From NCBI GenBank assembly GCA_002633005.1, contig NMRA01000196.1:145632-209631 (forward strand): 64,000 nucleotides of DNA. Reading direction: 5' to 3'. Made by a program: the position numbers and the translations under genes. The stretch is from Phoronis australis. Its lineage: Eukaryota > Animalia > Phoronida. Each line of letters opens with the position of its first letter. The first letter of the stretch is position 1. Positions 62,161 through 64,000 of the stretch are shown here, one piece after another. Under the pieces are notes generated by a model that was not told where the DNA came from, did not search any database, and worked only from the letters and a program-made list of their open reading frames with translations.

Positions 62161-63231
62161 GAATTTGTTCACGAGATACAGTAGGGTTCATGTATCACAC
62201 GTATTAATTAGGGCAAAGCTCCGGTATTGTGACGTGCAACTTGAATCATACAAACATTTCGTCAAGTGTAATTCAAATTTAAACAAGAAAAAAACTAAAA
62301 GACAGGAATAAAAACGATGACAAAAAATCACATTTGTAGACAAATTGTAAAATCATCAATGTAGCTCACTATTGTACTGTTCGATGGGAATACACTCTAA
62401 GGAAAGGGTTTATGAGAATCGCATCCTGTTTTTAGCCAAAGCGGCAACAAAATCCTGCAGAACATAGAATTTATTTCACTCGCTTCTTTAGACTGCTTGT
62501 GCAAAGATCACGTTTAATTTGTTAACGATGTAGAATTAGTTTCAGAAATGTATTGTTTTACTTGGACCTCCCCTTTCGTAAAAAGCTGGATCTGCTTATG
62601 AACGTGCATATTCTCGTTTCCAACTGCGTGGTTGTAAGTGTGACGTTCAAGCAAAGCAACACGTACTGTATGCTGTGACATGTGCACTTGTAGAACGATT
62701 TGCCAAGATGAGTTAAGCTGTCAAAATCAGGGCCCGGGTTCTAAGCTTTTACTCGAAATGGAACTCTAAATTATGTTTGGCATTTTCTACTCTATTTTCG
62801 TGCGAACTCAAGATAACTGTCTATTATTATATGCTCGAGTACATGATGGCTTACGTGGATATTTTTTAGTCCTAGTTTGCAGTTGATAAACCCATCAATA
62901 GGGCTAAAAGTTGGAGATTGAACTCGAAATTTCCAGGTTTTACTCGAGTTTGTAGTACGGATAAGGGTCATCAAACTAGGACCTGAAACTCATATGACTA
63001 AACTATAAGGTATTCGAGCACAGTCTAATAACCACTTACACGTATCTTGAGTTCGCACAAAAGTAGCAGAGAAATAACCAAAGAAAATTTATAGTTCGTT
63101 TGGAAGAAAAGATTTTAGATTCCAGGCTCAGATCAAAGAATTGGTGGCAAACAAATACGACGTCAAGTTACATTGTATGTTTTATTTTTTCCTATAAAAA
63201 CGTTATCACGATCGAAAGTGTTCTACATCGC

Positions 63232-63382
63232 CTATGACAAAACCGCATATCCAGCGTAGTACATGTCCAGGGCGTCGCCAATGTCCAGCAGAAATGCAGC
63301 AACAAAACCGCCAATATACATCGAAGGGACGGCAATGAACGACAACCAAGCCAACACTGCCATACCGGATAGGAAATTACCA
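63232..63382 (-). CDS. Probable terminal exon of a gene extending beyond the window (hydrophobic C-terminus)
   Basis: Acceptor TTTTGTATCTTTACAG|T; GNFLSGMAVLAWLSFIAVPSMYIGGFVAAFLLDIGDALDMYYAGYAVLS*; AATAAA at 63181-63186 (minus). Confidence 0.5.
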
Positions 63383-64000
63383 CTGTAAAGATACAAAAAT
63401 GCCTAAAACCAGTAGGTGTACCGAGGTACTCAGTTTCTTTGGGCGTAGCCTTTCCTTTTTCTTGTGTATTGAATGTGTTTCAAATTCTTTTAAGATTACT
63501 ATGCAATATTTTTCATTTCTTAAAATGAAGAACGCTCCTAATCCCCCCAGTTATACACAGAACCCAAGACCCGGGGCCAAAAAAGAATCACTTTCCAAGA
63601 TATCCATGTATATGTACATGCATTTCGGGGCAACAAGGTAAAAGTTGAGAGTTTTCTTGAGTTTTACTCGCGCTACTAAACACAGCATGCCCGTTGATTC
63701 TGATCCGGAAGTGATGCCAAATGGCTTGAAGTACAATCTGAATTTTGTCCAAAACAACTACATTTACCTCAACGTGTTGTTGTATGTAACACAGGAGAGG
63801 GTCACGCGAGCTTTGCTAGATCATTTTTTGTAAAAGAGCCATCCACACACTTATTCATTTTATAAATTCATTATTTATTCAATTTTTGACTAAATGTTTG
63901 TAAAGAGTCCTGTTGCGTGACACGTAGGAGGTGTAAACAGGCTGAAATAGAATGAAATCGTTGATAAACTTTAATGCAGGGCACACCTTACAGCCTCAAC

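Overview
This is AT-rich animal genomic DNA, not prokaryotic. It has GT-AG introns, dense DNA-transposon debris and frequent TACATGTA motifs, and is probably from a marine invertebrate bilaterian (taxon is an inference). There are two N-gaps. All supported host genes lie on the minus strand: (1) the first coding exon of an animal type I PKS (7656-7864); (2) a 4-exon, 229-aa secreted protein (24151-29300), which I assembled by hand from splice sites, carrying WxNPC / LLCxI / DxxFxK motifs, intron phases 1-0-0 and an AU-rich 3' UTR, consistent with an Unpaired/IL-6-type helical cytokine; (3) an intronless TMEM26-family gene (37113-38084); (4) a 3-exon, ~621-aa type I membrane protein (47595-62160) whose cytoplasmic C-terminus resembles the dynein microtubule-binding domain; and (5) a probable terminal exon at 63232-63382. 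The rest is mostly nested transposons: Academ, Kolobok (THAP + KolX), ISL2EU-like, pearl/HINE-like, tRNA-SINE, L2/CR1, an LTR-like element with heat-shock elements, and MITEs with 5-bp or 3-bp TSDs. Family assignments come from motif recognition by eye and recalled consensus patterns; no database search was run.
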